DNA of 63,656 bases, filler included, from Sphacelaria rigidula (taxonomy: Eukaryota): the NCBI GenBank assembly GCA_964200075.2. It is 11 parts of 11 records of this genome, joined end to end, with 100 filler letters (N's around TTAATTAATTAA, not from the genome) between each part and the next. Parts side by side here need not be neighbours in the genome. Positions count along the whole stretch, not along the records: positions 34,779 to 40,474 come from CAXNAA020025179.1; positions 40,575 to 46,270 come from CAXNAA020025180.1; positions 46,371 to 52,066 come from CAXNAA020025181.1; 8 more parts are not named here. One strand, given 5' to 3'. The translations under genes and the position numbers were made by a program. How positions within the stretch are numbered: position 1 is the stretch's first letter; the number at the start of each line of letters is the position of its first letter. This document shows, one piece after another, positions 36,181-49,700 of the stretch. The notes beneath the pieces were generated by a model. The model saw only the letters and a list, made by a program, of their open reading frames with translations, had not been told where the DNA came from and ran no database searches.

Positions 36181-38654
36181 AGGAGCAGGGCGAGTATGAT
36201 TCTAGGTTGACACGTGAACTGATGATCCCCTGTCTTTTGCTACCGGTTGTTGATCTCGACCTTGGTCGGTGGCGTTGCGGTGTTCCCTGCTCGTGCGTTT
36301 GTACATGCTCTACTGTACCCCGTCCTTGCTCTGCATCACTTTCCCAGCTTCCTCCTTCTCTGCTCTCTCTTCTCTCCCCGACTCTCTCTGAACCTCTCTC
36401 TGTTTTCTCTACCCGGTGTATGCAGATCGCAAACTGGTGCCTCCCTTCTGTAAAGCTCATGATTGAGATACGAATTTGTGTGATTTTGCCGAAGGCCTTT
36501 TCCACCACGAAGCCATGTTGCAGAGACCGGCCATTTCCAGTGAATTTCTTGTCTTCGTTTGCTTGTTTGTTTGTTTTTCTACCCTTCTGTTCTCTCTACT
36601 TGTCTTCAGCGAGTGTTTCCGTCGTCATCATCTTGAATACGTCCAGGATATGGATAATGACCACGATTGGATCCCTGGAGGATCAGCAAATGTGCGACCA
36701 TCAATCAGAATCAATAACCAATAAATCAATAATTGAATAAACAATCACCGGTAGCCCTGCTTCTCCACCATGTTGACACCCGTGACTCTCAAACAAAGCA
36801 CGGCGTACTGGTATGCTCAAGGTATCCTCCTTGGGCTATCGCATGTGTCCATGGTTGATCTGTTGTGGAAGTCAGCGACGCAAATGTGGTGCACTGTTGC
36901 CGTACGCGGCGTATGTAGAATATGAGCCGTTCCAACTTGTAGTCCTTTCATAATTTTGCGTCTGTAGGCGACTTGATTCCAAAAAGGGTCTCCCTTCTGT
37001 TTCCGGTTGATCAAAATGGCTCAAGACACAAGATCAAGAGAGCGGGATACCCCCGACTGCATGTAGATGAGAGATGTGCGTGTGAGACCTGGTACGAAAT
37101 CACCCGTTTTGTGTCCAGAAGATCTACGTCTTCGCTGCGCAGGACGCGGAATGAACTCACCACCTCACTTCCCATCGGCCACATGAGATACGCTGTGGTC
37201 TAAACCGTTCGCCGACGGCACAGGGTCAACACCCATCTACAACGACAAAATATTTCGGTTTCTTTCCCGCGAAGTTGGCACTCCACACCCCAAAATTGTT
37301 ACTTGGCGAATGTATAGCGGCATAGTCGTATCTATTACAGATCCAATAAATGAAATCTCATCTGTTGTACTTGGAATGACCACGCGGATGCGCTTTTGCG
37401 CACACGCACATGGTAGGGGGCTCTGGTAGCTTCTGTTGCTCTCCTATTCAACCTCATGATTGCCAGCCTCGTTTTGAAACAGCCTCGCCAGCTGACAGTC
37501 CCCGGATTCCCAAGGTTTTTCAGGGTTTTCCAGGGAGAGTGGTTTTTTTCGAGTGGGGCATGGGGATCGGCAGGGGCGGGTTCCCCGATCAACGGATGAA
37601 CTTCCCAACCGAAGAACTTCCGGAGTTTACCTACCTTGTGTTCCTGCGGAAAAATTGTAGGAAGATGAAAAATGTAGAATCTCGTTGGAGGCAACGGAGA
37701 CAGTACGTCTGACCAACCAAATGCAAGCAAACGAGCAGCTACGTTCCATTACATATTGCCAACTATTGCCCAGCGGCGGCAGTGGCTTGCTTCAACATTT
37801 TCAGGAGCCAGTGCTGAAAATACGAGAGATACACTATTTCGGTCAGTCTTCTATACGCATGCCGCCTCGATCATCATGGATAAGGCTACATCGAGCACAC
37901 TATGGCCATGACCGCGTACGCGCTTGATACCCTACGACAATCGTGGTGGAGCAGTACTGCGGGAGGCAGCCCAACGCTGTTACCCATCCACTCTTGTCGG
38001 TGTGCATGAACCACCCTGGACGTGTCTCAGAGCTCGCGACTAATCTGCTGCAGCCGTGGGACACTACATACTTGTACTACACCACTACCCCTCCTGTCCG
38101 TGAACAGGCGTTTTGCCTTGTGAAAAACGATGGTTCTGAACCACGATACCGGCGTAGGCAAAAGGAGGCAATATGAGCTGGGGTGGCGGGCGAAGAGTAG
38201 AATACTAAATTACTTCTCTGTTGTGCTGTACTGTGGGTTGTTTCACAAAAAAAGAGTGCCAGAGTTCAAGCAGCTCTTGGGTGCTCAACGCTTCTATTTC
38301 CCCTTTACGGTGGCGGGAAAGACAGAGTTCACAATTTTCGACTAAGAGAACTTGATCGAACCCCTCATCATCGCCTGGTCGAAGCTGCTATAGTGTGTAC
38401 TGCAAGAAAATAAATAAAGGCAATTGAGAGATGTATTCATATCCACAAAACAGGCCCTCCGTGGTAGTACCGCACTTATGTGCAAAGAGCAGAGAGACGA
38501 CAGACCCAGTGCACGCGAAGCCCATAACAAGAATCACAGTCGTGACGACCCCCATGTGCAGGGAAACTAATCAAACAAAAACCCGACCACCATGCAAGTG
38601 CAGAACAAAATCGGCAACCCGCGACATCCCTTTGGGCTCGTTGTACGTAGATAC

Positions 38655-40087
38655 CTTCCTGTACCGCTTTGCCTGACGAGACAGGAAATGTGGGAAGCTG
38701 TTCCCCGCGTGGTGCTTGATCGCCATCCGCGCCGCGTCCATGACGGCAACCTCCACGTCTGTTGGTGCCTGTGTCGTCGCATGCATTAGAAGCACGGATG
38801 AAGAAAAAGAGGGCATACGTCCGGTTCGTTATGTACGCTTGTACCATACGCGATCCCGTTACAGTGATCGTGAGCAATCATCGGAATTCACAGAGGAACC
38901 GAGAAGCTCGTTCATTGGACTGCTCCTGTTTTGCCTTCTTGCAAAACAAAAACTGAACATTGCAGATTTTGGCGGTTGGGTGTCAACGTGTTCCCGATAA
39001 GAGACCCAAGCGGGATTGAGAAAGATCCAAGGGCAGGTCGCGAGTAGAGTATGTACCTTTGAATACTCGGGTGAAATACCCGAGTATTTACTCCGCTCAG
39101 ACTTTGGGTATAGATTAGGTACGGCCTCAATACTCTACTCAAACTTTGAGTAGATCGGGCATGACTCTACTCAAACTTTGGGTAGATTGACCACGACCCC
39201 AAATACTCTACTCGAAATTGAGGGAAGGACTCTCAGTAATACTGGAGTATAGAGTATTACCTAAGTATGACCTTGAATACTATACTCGAATTTTGGGTAG
39301 ATTGAGTACGACCTCAAACACTCTACTCAACTATTGGGTACGAGCTGGGCCAAACTAGAAGCAAATTTATAGTTTGCGGGCACTTTGGCCGGCCAATATT
39401 TAGAGTTGGGGCCAAAAACTTGGTATGGACAATGAATAGGGCATAATAATAAAAAGTTACTCGTTCACCCGTGCACACAAAGTTATCTTTTTTTCCTGAT
39501 TTGAGGGCATTTTTCTTATACCTGAAAAGTGAATATTGCCGTCAACTCATGAAAATAGATTGCTCTGCTTCGCATCGCGCTTCCAATTTTCCCATCTTTT
39601 CATAGAGTGGAATGGAATATGAAAGGGACACAGGAGACAGATGCGATTGAGGAAGAAGAGGAAGAATGACATACAGTATGAAGAATGGACGGGAAGAAAA
39701 GAAGACCCAAAAATTAAGGGTAACAATTGATCGTGCATTGCAGCACGCAAATTATAGACGTTGACGATCTAGTCCGAGTGACGACCTTCGACGTGCGCAA
39801 GGGCGCGCAGGAAGACGGAGCTAAGACCGGAGTCGTCGCTTGGCAAGTGTCCGGTAGGTTCCCCCGATCTATCACTGGCCACTACTAGTAGAGCGGTCTT
39901 GAGATACACGTACAACACTTGTTTCCCAGAATGCCAGTGGGCATCGAAGGAGGGAGACCCGGTAGTCATCGCTCATCATCTCCCTCAGAATTTCTTCGAT
40001 TTTCACAGGGCCACACTCATTCAGCCTGGCTTGCTGACGGGCAGGCATTCTTGCGATGTAGGCTTTCTGCGCCGATGTGAGGGACAT
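38655..40087 (-). CDS. Putative first two exons (39914-40087, 38655-38768) of an uncharacterised gene
   Basis: ATG MSLTSAQKAYIARMPARQQARLNECG...FWETSV|GTACGT donor; acacag|APTDVEVAVMDAARMAIKHHAGNSFPHFLSRQAKRYRK|GTATCT; phases compatible. Confidence 0.5.
39030..39345. repeat. Degenerate tandem array of about 30-45 bp units built on TACTCTACTC/GAGTAGAGTA
   Basis: tactctactcaaactttgggtagatt-like units recur several times. Confidence 0.75.
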
Positions 40088-40650
40088 GATGGCTGGGGAA
40101 ATGTGACGTGAGGGCGGGGAGGGGTGTGCGCGAGCGTGGGGGTGAACAGTCTGTCTTCAGGTTTCGAGCCGTGTACTGTACGAAATCAGCCGAAGGACTA
40201 AAAGATGGGTGGGCTTCAAGTTTTTGAATGTACGAAATCAGCCGAATGCTTCAACTAACGGCCTTTCACACCCGCCGCATCTCTCAACGTTCAGATCTTG
40301 GTTACAAGTTTTTGCATTTGAATAGTCTCTCTTGAGGTTTCGAGCGGTGTACCACCGCCACACCCGCTGCTATTCTCAACCTGCGTGCGGATCTTGGTTA
40401 CTGTGTTGTGTTGTCGTCCCATTTATTCTGGGCACCAGTCTACAACTTTCGGTGTATGTGGGTGCATCAGCCGGNNNNNNNNNNNNNNNNNNNNNNNNNN
40501 NNNNNNNNNNNNNNNNNNTTAATTAATTAANNNNNNNNNNNNNNNNNNNNNNNNNNNNNNNNNNNNNNNNNNNNCCCGAAAGGGAGGGGTGGCCAAGGGT
40601 CAAACGACAAAGGCAAGCACCACATCCCACCGCCCCCCCCCCCCTTTTTC

Positions 40651-41358
40651 TGTAGCATTGTCTGCCCTCCCTTCCCCACCAGGACCCTCTTCTACGACAT
40701 CACAACAGGGCGACCTACATCGGACGACGATCGAAGAATTACTTAAGACGACCATCATCGACGCCTGCTGGAGCTATAGTATCCCCGTGCGGCTGGCGCT
40801 CGATCTCGTTGGATTACCGATTTTCAGATATCTGACCTTGCAATTTTTGCACCTTTGGATTCCCCCAGGTTAAAGCTCTGCCCCCTGTTATACCTTTGGG
40901 TTTCCCCAGATTGAAGCTCTGCTTTCTGTTGTAGCTTTGGATTCCCCCAGGTGAGAGCTCTGCTCCCTCTTGTTCCTCCCTGTTTTCCCACTTGGTTTTG
41001 CTAGGACGCCGAAGCAATTTGTGCTTCTTCGTTGATCGCTAGCACACAGAAGCAGTGTGTGCTTCCGCGTTTCGGAGCAGTTTTTCTGCTCCTCGAAGCA
41101 GTCAGCAGTCTATGCTTCCCTTCTTTTGGGGTGTGAGACTGGGTACGGGAGTGTTGGGTACGGGAGTGTTTCCTTAAGTACGCTTTATTAGCCGCTCATG
41201 AGTTTACGGGTAAAGAAAAACCTTAGTTTCCGCTGCTTTGAGGATAGATCCTCGCAGCTGTAATAAAGGTTCGTCTGGGTGGATTAGTGTCATGAGGACG
41301 CATATTAGTCTGTTATCATGCCGCCTCAGATCCGTTGATGAGTCGCTCTATACTTGCA
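40651..41358 (+). repeat. Probable 5' LTR of the Gypsy element
   Basis: Starts TGTAG, ends TTGCA, has AATAAA at about 41262, three about 43-bp internal tandem repeats at 40852-40966, and is followed by a degenerate tRNA-Met PBS-like tggggtatca. The second LTR is not in the contig. Confidence 0.45.
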
Positions 41359-42131
41359 ATTGGGGTATCATAAGGCCCAAGACTGCAGGTCTGTTCAGAG
41401 TTGGTCAGGTACCAGTATGAGCTTATACACGGTAGAGATGGTGACGGCTTGATTTGCACGATAGCAAATCAAGCCCCACTCATCGCACTACCATCTACTG
41501 CCCTCTCTCAGCAAGAAGTCTACCACTGGTGAGACTGATATACTGAGTGTGAGGTTGGATTGAATGTGTGGATACTGGAGGGTCGAGACCAAGCAATAAA
41601 GAAGGAAGATACAAATTACGCGTGAGATACTTGTCACTTGAACACGTCTGTGTGACACGGTGCTTTGTTCTTCGGGCCTGGGTGTTCGGTTCTGAGGACT
41701 GTAGAGTAGTCCACCTACAGTATACATGCAACATGTAGATATGCGGTGGATCCTGGATCAATTGATCAGAGTATGATTATTGGCGTAACATATCGTGTTC
41801 GAGAGGAAAGCCCATGAAGCTTACTTCCGGTTCAATGAAGACAACTGTTTATATAACTGATCTGTCTTGGAGTCTCTGAAGCCCTGCTGGGAAGGAAGCC
41901 TTCGGAGCAAGTACTTAGACCTTGTTCTGATTCCAGGCAAGTCTATAGTAAACGTTTACTCAAGAAACTTGTCGTTTCTAAACGGCGTCGTTGGACCCTG
42001 AAAAAAGCGAGGACGCTCGTTGAATAACACGGGAGTAGATACGACGGAGCACAGAGTGCAGGAAACGTTCGAAAGATAGCGTGAACGAAAGTAAGCAAGG
42101 AGCCTAACTCTTTTTACACCGGCTGCGTCGA

Positions 42132-45100
42132 GTGAAAGGACAGTGGAGTGCCTTGCAAGAATACTTCAAGGAAAATGAGAGTGCAGATTGTGTTTTCCGC
42201 GAAATGGACCGTACCGATAAACCAGGCCCGGCACACATCATCACTAGAGCCATGATTGCCGACCTGACCCCTCCGGAATTCAAAACTAAAGTCCAAAACA
42301 AACTGCAAATGACGGGGGAGTGGAAAGAGCAACCGAAACTTGTATACGATGTCGCTTGTGAGGTGGCGGAACTGTGGCGAACTGTCGAGGACGTTGATAA
42401 GCAGCGCAGATCCGCTCCACAGCTCAAGAATAAGGAGTTGGGTTTGCAGGTACAGATGAAGCTGTTGACGGCAGCTAGCGCCGCAGCCGCGACTGTTGTA
42501 TCTGGTGATAGCGGATCGAAATCCGGAAAATCTCGCAGACCCGGCCCTGATTACCCAGGAGGTTTCGAGTGTGGGGACAAAGGTCATTTTAGAAAAGACT
42601 GTAAGAAGAAAAGCAAGCCTGCAGCTATCGGAGGTGGGGATGGCGGACACGTACAGTCGCAGCAACAACAACAGCAAACGGCGCAAGCTCCGTGGGGCGG
42701 GAGCCAGAGCCTTACCCCTACCCGGGCTGTTTTTTCAGGGGATGGTCGTCAAGGGGGCACCAACGGTGCTGATAGTACGTTGCAGCCCATGCCGGCTGTT
42801 CCGGCTTCTACAGCCGTCGACAGAAACAGTTCAGCAATGGACATCGGCGGCAGTACCGGCGTGGCGGGGCTTACATACTGCTTCCGAGGTGGCAGAGCTG
42901 GAGGCCGAGGGTTTGGACGCGAAAAATAGGCAGCAATGCTGCCGAGCTGATCTGTCTGTCTCAGGTTCCACCGTACAGACAGTCTGCCTGGTCAAGGCTG
43001 TGTTGGACTCTGGAGCTGGAATGATCCATTATGTCTGAACGGGTGGCGACCCAGTTGGAGAACGCGTACCCTGGAGTGTCAATTGTCACATCAATGGCAC
43101 GTGGACACCCGGTAAGACTGACTGACGGTAACGTAAAAACCATGCCCTCGAAAATGTGTCTGGTTCGTACGGCTCTCCACACGAGCTTGGGGCCGGTGGT
43201 GCTTGAGCCCTGCCGGTATGCTATTATGCCCGGAGCTGATGATGTGGTTATTATCGGGGGCAAAACTCTGGTGAAAATCAGCATCAATATCTACAATGAT
43301 CTGGGCGCATGCGCGCAAGCGGAACACCCTTCTTTGCGGGGTATCGAGACGCCTGAGTTCCGCGAGTGCAGGCGTGTGAGTCTCGCGGTGGAGGAGCTCG
43401 AGGAGACGACCGGTCACGACGAACCGGTAGGATTCATCTGTCGAGCGATTGGTGTCACGGGGTCCGGATATGTTTATGCCACCAGAGCAAGAGCTTATTG
43501 AGCGCAAAGTGGCGCTGGAGGAGGCGATGCAAGCTGCGGCGGATAATGTCATGTCGGAGAACGGGGTGAGCGAGCTACGAGAAATTGTCGGCCGTCAAAC
43601 CAATGCTTTTTCTACAAGCGTTGCGAGGTGACCCGCCTGCTCGCGTGGAACCTTTGCAGGTACGATTCAAACCGGGGGCTAAAGCAGTCAAGGCGAGCCC
43701 GGGAACATACTCTCCGGTGAAGCAGAGCTGGTCAGCAGGGTGCATGGCTACGCTGGTGGTGCTGGGGTTGGTATTCCGCAAAATTCAGGCGGTGTGGGCA
43801 AGCGCAGCTATGGCTGCGCCCAAGAAGGACAGCTATCGTCTGGTGAGTGATTACAGAGCAGTCAACAGGCAGCTCGAGAAGGTTCCCAGTGTTCTGCCGA
43901 ATCATGAGACGGAAATGATCGATTTGTTGGGTGTATCGTGTTTTGGGAAGTTTGACATGCTACAGGGGTACTGGCAGATACCGCTAGCGGCTGAAGCCCA
44001 GGAAATTTTCACCATTGCGACTCCCGACGGACTCTTCACCCCCATGAGGGTGCCGCAAGGCGTGCTCAACGCTACCGGATATTTTCCACAGATAATGATA
44101 GGACTGTTGGCTGAACTCGACTGCAAGGTATGGGTTGACGATTTTGTGGTAGGGGAAATATGACGATGACTTGCTGCGCACGCTGTATGCGATTTTGGGG
44201 CGATTGGAGGACGTTGGTCTGTTTGCTGCGGCGCACAAGTACATGTTTTATTATACGCAGATCACGCGGTGTGGGAAGGTTTTCTCAGGTGGACAGGTTG
44301 CTCATGATCGCAACCGACTGACCGGATTAGCCAACATGCGTCGCCTACGTGCGGCGGGTGAGCTGATGCAGTTTTACAGGCTGTCAATTGGCTACGAACA
44401 TCTCTACTGCGTTTGGCGGAAACGGTGGAGCCGCTGCGTGAATTATTGAAGGAACATCTGCGGGGAACGTCCGCCGCACTGAGCGAGTGGCGTCCAACCG
44501 TATAATCGAAGATTCGGCGTAGACATTTCAGCGGGATCAGGCGTGGCATGCTGCGCAAGATTTGGTGGCGCATGCTGTCGCTTTGTCGTATCCGAAGGAG
44601 GGGTATGAGGTGCTGATGTTTCCAGATGTATCGGATCTACATTGGGGCAGTTGTTTTACGCAGATTCTGGCCGCTGAGTTGGATGATCCGCTGGCGGTGG
44701 AAGACATGAGTCACGAGCCGATGGGGTTTCTCAGTGGGACTTTTCGTGGGGCACAAGTTCGATGGGCTACGGTGGATAAGGAAGGCTACGCTATTGTGAG
44801 TACATTCCGAAGGTTGGAGTGTTTGCTGCGCGGTGGAGTGCATATTTTCACTGATCATCGTCATATGGCATACATGTTTAATCTTGAGACGTGCGTGGCA
44901 TCGTTGTTTAAGAGTGCTGCCCAGAGACTCGATCAATGGAAGGCTGTGCTCGGGCAGTATGATTATACTATCAGGCATATTTCTGGGGAACGCAACTGCT
45001 GGGGAGATTTGCTGTCAAGGTGGGTGAATGTTCCGGCGGTGTCTCTTCGTGCTCTGGCCGTATTCGCGAGTGGTGAGCCGGATGACACGCTACCGTCAAA

Positions 45101-46160
45101 GTACGACATTCGAGCAGCTCAAGAGCAGGCTCGCGCAGGGTTCGGGGTGATGGTCGATGGATCTACCTCGTTTACTGCCGCTATTGGGTGCGTTTTGAAA
45201 GACGGTGAGGGCTTGTTTCGTGTGTACGTCGCAGATAAGCATGTGTTGTGGATCCCGCCGCAAGAAAAAGAAATACAAACACATTTGACGGTATGTGCCC
45301 ACATGAAGGGGGCAGGCCACCGCGGGGTTGTGGCCACATTGCAACGATTACAGGAATACTGCAATTGGTACCAGATGGAAGCTCACGCCACCGATTTCGT
45401 GAAAAAATGCTTACACTGCATGGATTCGAAAGCTGGGGAGATGGTCCCGCGACCGCTAGGGGAGACCGCTCATGGTACACGGCCCGGTGAGGTGATGCAC
45501 TTTGATTATCTCTACGTTGGTGAGAGTGGTCCCTTGGGCAAGAGCGGATTAGATGAAGGCGATGGATACAAGTACGTTTTAGTGATGATGGAAGATCTGA
45601 GCAATTTCGCGTGGTTGGAACCCACGGAATCTTGCACTGCTGCCTTGACGTTGCAGCATTTGTTGACGTGGTGCAAAACTTTGGACCCACCGGAGGTTTG
45701 GGTTAGTGATACCGCGTCGCATTTCAAAAACCGTGTGATGCGAGTGCTGGGAAACGCGCTGAAACTGGACAGGAGGTTCACGGTCGCCAACTCATCGTGG
45801 TCCAACGGGACGTGTGAACGGATGATGAGAGAAGTTATCCGTACTCTGAAGGCAATGCTTCAAGAGGAGCGGCGCGATGTTCGTGACTGGGTGGGGCTGG
45901 TGCCTGCGGTGCCGTGGGCGTTGAATACGGCATTCTGCGAGCGATATGCCAGTACCCCCTACCATGTAATTTTTGGACGTGAGCCGCGCACGAGTTTTTC
46001 GACACTGACCTCGTCGACCGGCGGCGAATGGCGACTTGATGTGCTGGATGAAGACAGGCTGCGGCAGAAGGTTGCGTCATTGGTTGAGGCGCAACAAGAG
46101 CTGCGTAAGGAGGTGGCGCAGCGCGTGGAGAAGACCCGTGAGTTACAGCGACGTGTTGCC
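42132..46160 (+). pseudogene. Frameshifted gag-pol polyprotein of the Gypsy element
   Basis: Domains are split over ORFs 42132-42929, 42496-43038, 43031-43501, 43449-43631, 43585-44163, 44171-44449 and 44562-46160. Confidence 0.92.
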
Positions 46161-46370
46161 AGTACTCATAATCATGCATGCCATAGTCATAAGACCATTG
46201 ACCTCGCATTCCTACAATGCCGGGATGGAGCACGCCAGGTTTTCGCCGGACAAGGCTTGCACTCAAACCANNNNNNNNNNNNNNNNNNNNNNNNNNNNNN
46301 NNNNNNNNNNNNNNTTAATTAATTAANNNNNNNNNNNNNNNNNNNNNNNNNNNNNNNNNNNNNNNNNNNN

Positions 46371-46535
<165 letters not shown>

Positions 46536-46774
46536 GTCTTCACATGAAGCACCGTACTCTGCATAAACCCAACATAACTTCATGGCGAGCACGTTATGTA
46601 GTCCAACGACGTCGCGCATCTACTATTTCATTGCAGCAAAGGTTTGGAAGTGTAGCTAGCTCAGGTCGAACCCTGCTAACGTAAACATGTGGGTCCCGCC
46701 TCTAGCCACGTGCGTATCGTTGGGCGAACTCTCAGTGTCTTTGCAATCCGGGTCGCTATCGCACGTGACAACAG

Positions 46775-49700
46775 GTGAAGAACGAAGGCACCATGCCGGT
46801 GATGCTGACATGGTGTATGGAAGACGCTAACGTTGACGCGAAGGAGGCCAGGAAAAATATCGATGTCTTCGTGAAGGTAAAACTCCAGCCCAAGTTCGAA
46901 TTCATGCATTGAACGATGAGAGTTCGGCGCGCCTGTTCTCCGTGGATTGCCTCTGTGTCTCGGCACGCGCGTTGAATCTTCTGCGTGAAATGCAGATCCA
47001 GGGTATCTAGAAAATTCTGTAGCATGTACTCTACAGCTCACCGCCAGAGTTTGAACAGCCTCGTCCGTGTGATTGTCGTCGCATTCGCCAATCTCAAAAC
47101 GGTCAGCCACAGTATATATTGGTGACAAATATTTCCGCGTTATAACTACACAAAAGATAATAATATACACTTGGTTTAGAGCTGAAGCCGAAACGCTCGT
47201 TTTTTTCATGCGTTGTTCAAGTCAGACATAGATTATACGGTGTCCCCGTGCGCGACCCGTCGTCATGTAGTTGTCATTTACATGAAAACCCGCTGCTGCG
47301 CCTGTTCTGCCACGTCGCGCACACTCCCTGTAGTAGGTGGTAAAAGACGAGGAGGGAAGATGGGGTACAGACGTTAGTGTATGCTACCGAGCGCCGAAGC
47401 CATTCCAGAGTCCCTTCGTGGTGCAGCCAAAGCAAGGCGTTGTAGAACCCCGCTCTGAAGGAGCCTTCAAGGTGCGAGCTACCACCCGCACTTTCGGTGA
47501 TCGTGTAAGGATCAGGATCTTTTTGTCTCATTCCTATTTCCTTTCCTTTCCCGGAACGAATCCGTGGTCACAAGGGATCGGCCCATCTCTTCCCAGGTAT
47601 ACCCCTTATATTTTGGTATCGGAGAGTGGATCAGCCCTCCTGTACCGAGGCAACTTTCTTTAAACGAAGTCAAACTCTTTCCGCTACCTACGGCCTCATG
47701 CATTCAACGACATAAATAAGATACTTTGGGAGGGAAAGCCAAACTAGACGCATCTGGCAGGAATCGAACACGCGTTTTCCCGCCGTAATTGTTTCCGTTG
47801 CACCATACACCACCGGGCCGCGGACTAGGTTTGGCATTAAGCCAAGGTGCAGAGGCTGGATGGATATATGCGCTGAGTCGAGGTCAATCACCATGTTTTG
47901 ATATTGATGGGCGGGTGCGTCCTTTCGTAGTCTCAGCTTCACGCTGCTGTGGTATGTTCATGAAAAACATTGGCCGCCGGTTCATACATTTGACGCTTTT
48001 GTTCGGGTCTAGGTCATGTACTCTCACATGCACCACTTTCCGTTTCAGGGTAAATCCTGCGCACCTGGTAGGTAGGAAATCAACAATACCACCTAACAGG
48101 TTATTGATCTGAATGCAGCCCTACACGGGGGCAAGGAGCATCCAGCTAGGTGCTCGTTTTGCTCTCTTTCACCGTCGAACGGCTGCGATGACCTCGGCTC
48201 GATGAACCTACATTATGTTTGCAAACTCACCATCTGGTTGCTATGTTTTACTCTAAAAGGTTCTTCTGCCTGAACATTCAGAAGGAGAGATGGCGGCAAG
48301 ACTCGTGGCCGACGCCCACTGGATGCCTGCCTCAGATGATTCGTCGTCAACGCAGGCACCGTTCCTCGATGGATCTTTGAATGCAGCTGTGGGAGGCAGG
48401 TAAGACGATCTCTTCACAAAACTTTCTATCATGGCCATGTATTGAGAGGATTTACATTATTATGCATAATCTATCATGGATATTGACTTTCCATCTAAAA
48501 GCCCGTCAAGGATGTAGACACCCACCTAAGATATCCATGGTGGATTTGAGTGTTCATCATGGACATGGATGTTCGTCATGGATCTGGCTATCCATATGGG
48601 ACATCCATCGTGGATCCGATATTAATCTGGGACATCCATCATGTATCCGATATCCATCTGGGACATCCATCGAAGATTTGATATTCATCATGGATATGAA
48701 TTTGTATCTGGGATATCAAACATTAATATGATATCCCTCGTGGACATCTAGTATGGACATGTCTTGTCTTGATGGATGTTCATGATGAATATCTGATGGG
48801 TATTCTCCTCCATAATGAATATCCATCTGGGACATGGACATCCATCATGGATAGTCATCATGGATGTGAAAATCCATCTGGGATATCCACGAAGGACATC
48901 CCTGACCCTAACGCAAACGGATAACCTACATAAATATTGATCATGGATTTCTTACGATAATACAAGACTGCGCATTTTACCATCGCGACTGGTGGCTGTA
49001 AACAGCCAATAATCAAAATTGAGGATAGAGATTTGCATTGAAGATGATAGCCTGGAAAACTAACAACTTCTTATCCACTCCAAATCTTCGAATTGTGGAT
49101 GCATTCAATCATCTTCTAATGGCTATGGGCAATTGTTATGCACCATAACAATTTGGATTCCGATAACCGAAATTTTGGGGTCCTTGGTGAGAAACCGGTT
49201 CTGGAGAATTTAGGTGATCAAAACGGACCGCTCGATTTCCCCAGAAACGTTTCTTCACCTAGGACCCCAACATTTCGGTCATCGGTATCCAAATTTGTAG
49301 GGCGTGTTGTTGTTGTCGATAGCTGTCAGGTGAAAGAGTGTAACCATACTTCGAAGAATTGTTGTAGATACAAAGATTTTAATTTTTCGGGTTGTCATCC
49401 CCAAACAACCGATTCTCAAAAATGGGGGTCGAACACTAAAATGGGGTTCAAACATTTTCAGGAATATTGCGAAAGGGTTGCACTAAGGGGAAGCATCTCT
49501 CTCCGAAAAAATATGTAGCGGTTATAAAGCAGGTGTGGCTAGCTGCACCGAACGAATGCGGGGTACACGGATATGGATTACTATATCGCCAGAGAGAGGA
49601 GCAACGGCGGAGAGGAAGCTGCTCGCCGGTGTCCATTGTGTGTCCTCATTCGGCGATTGCCACTCGCTCGAGAGATTGACATCATAATACCATCACATGC

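Larger units (their letters stand above)
40651..46160 (+). mobile_element. Ty3/Gypsy LTR retrotransposon, degenerate (gag-PR-RT-RH-INT), 3' end missing
   Basis: Gag knuckle (G)FECGDKGHFRKDC; protease VLDSGA; RT YRLVSDYRAVN / FDMLQGYWQ / PQGVLNA / WVDD; RNase H FPDVSD / FTDHR / GDLLSR; integrase H-H-CxxC, HFDY, SDTASHF, SNGTCERM. RT-RH-INT order; several frameshifts. Confidence 0.97.

Noticed and set aside
39030..39345. Repeat-spacer-like periodic array
   Set aside because: Units are degenerate along their whole length with no constant-repeat/unique-spacer pattern
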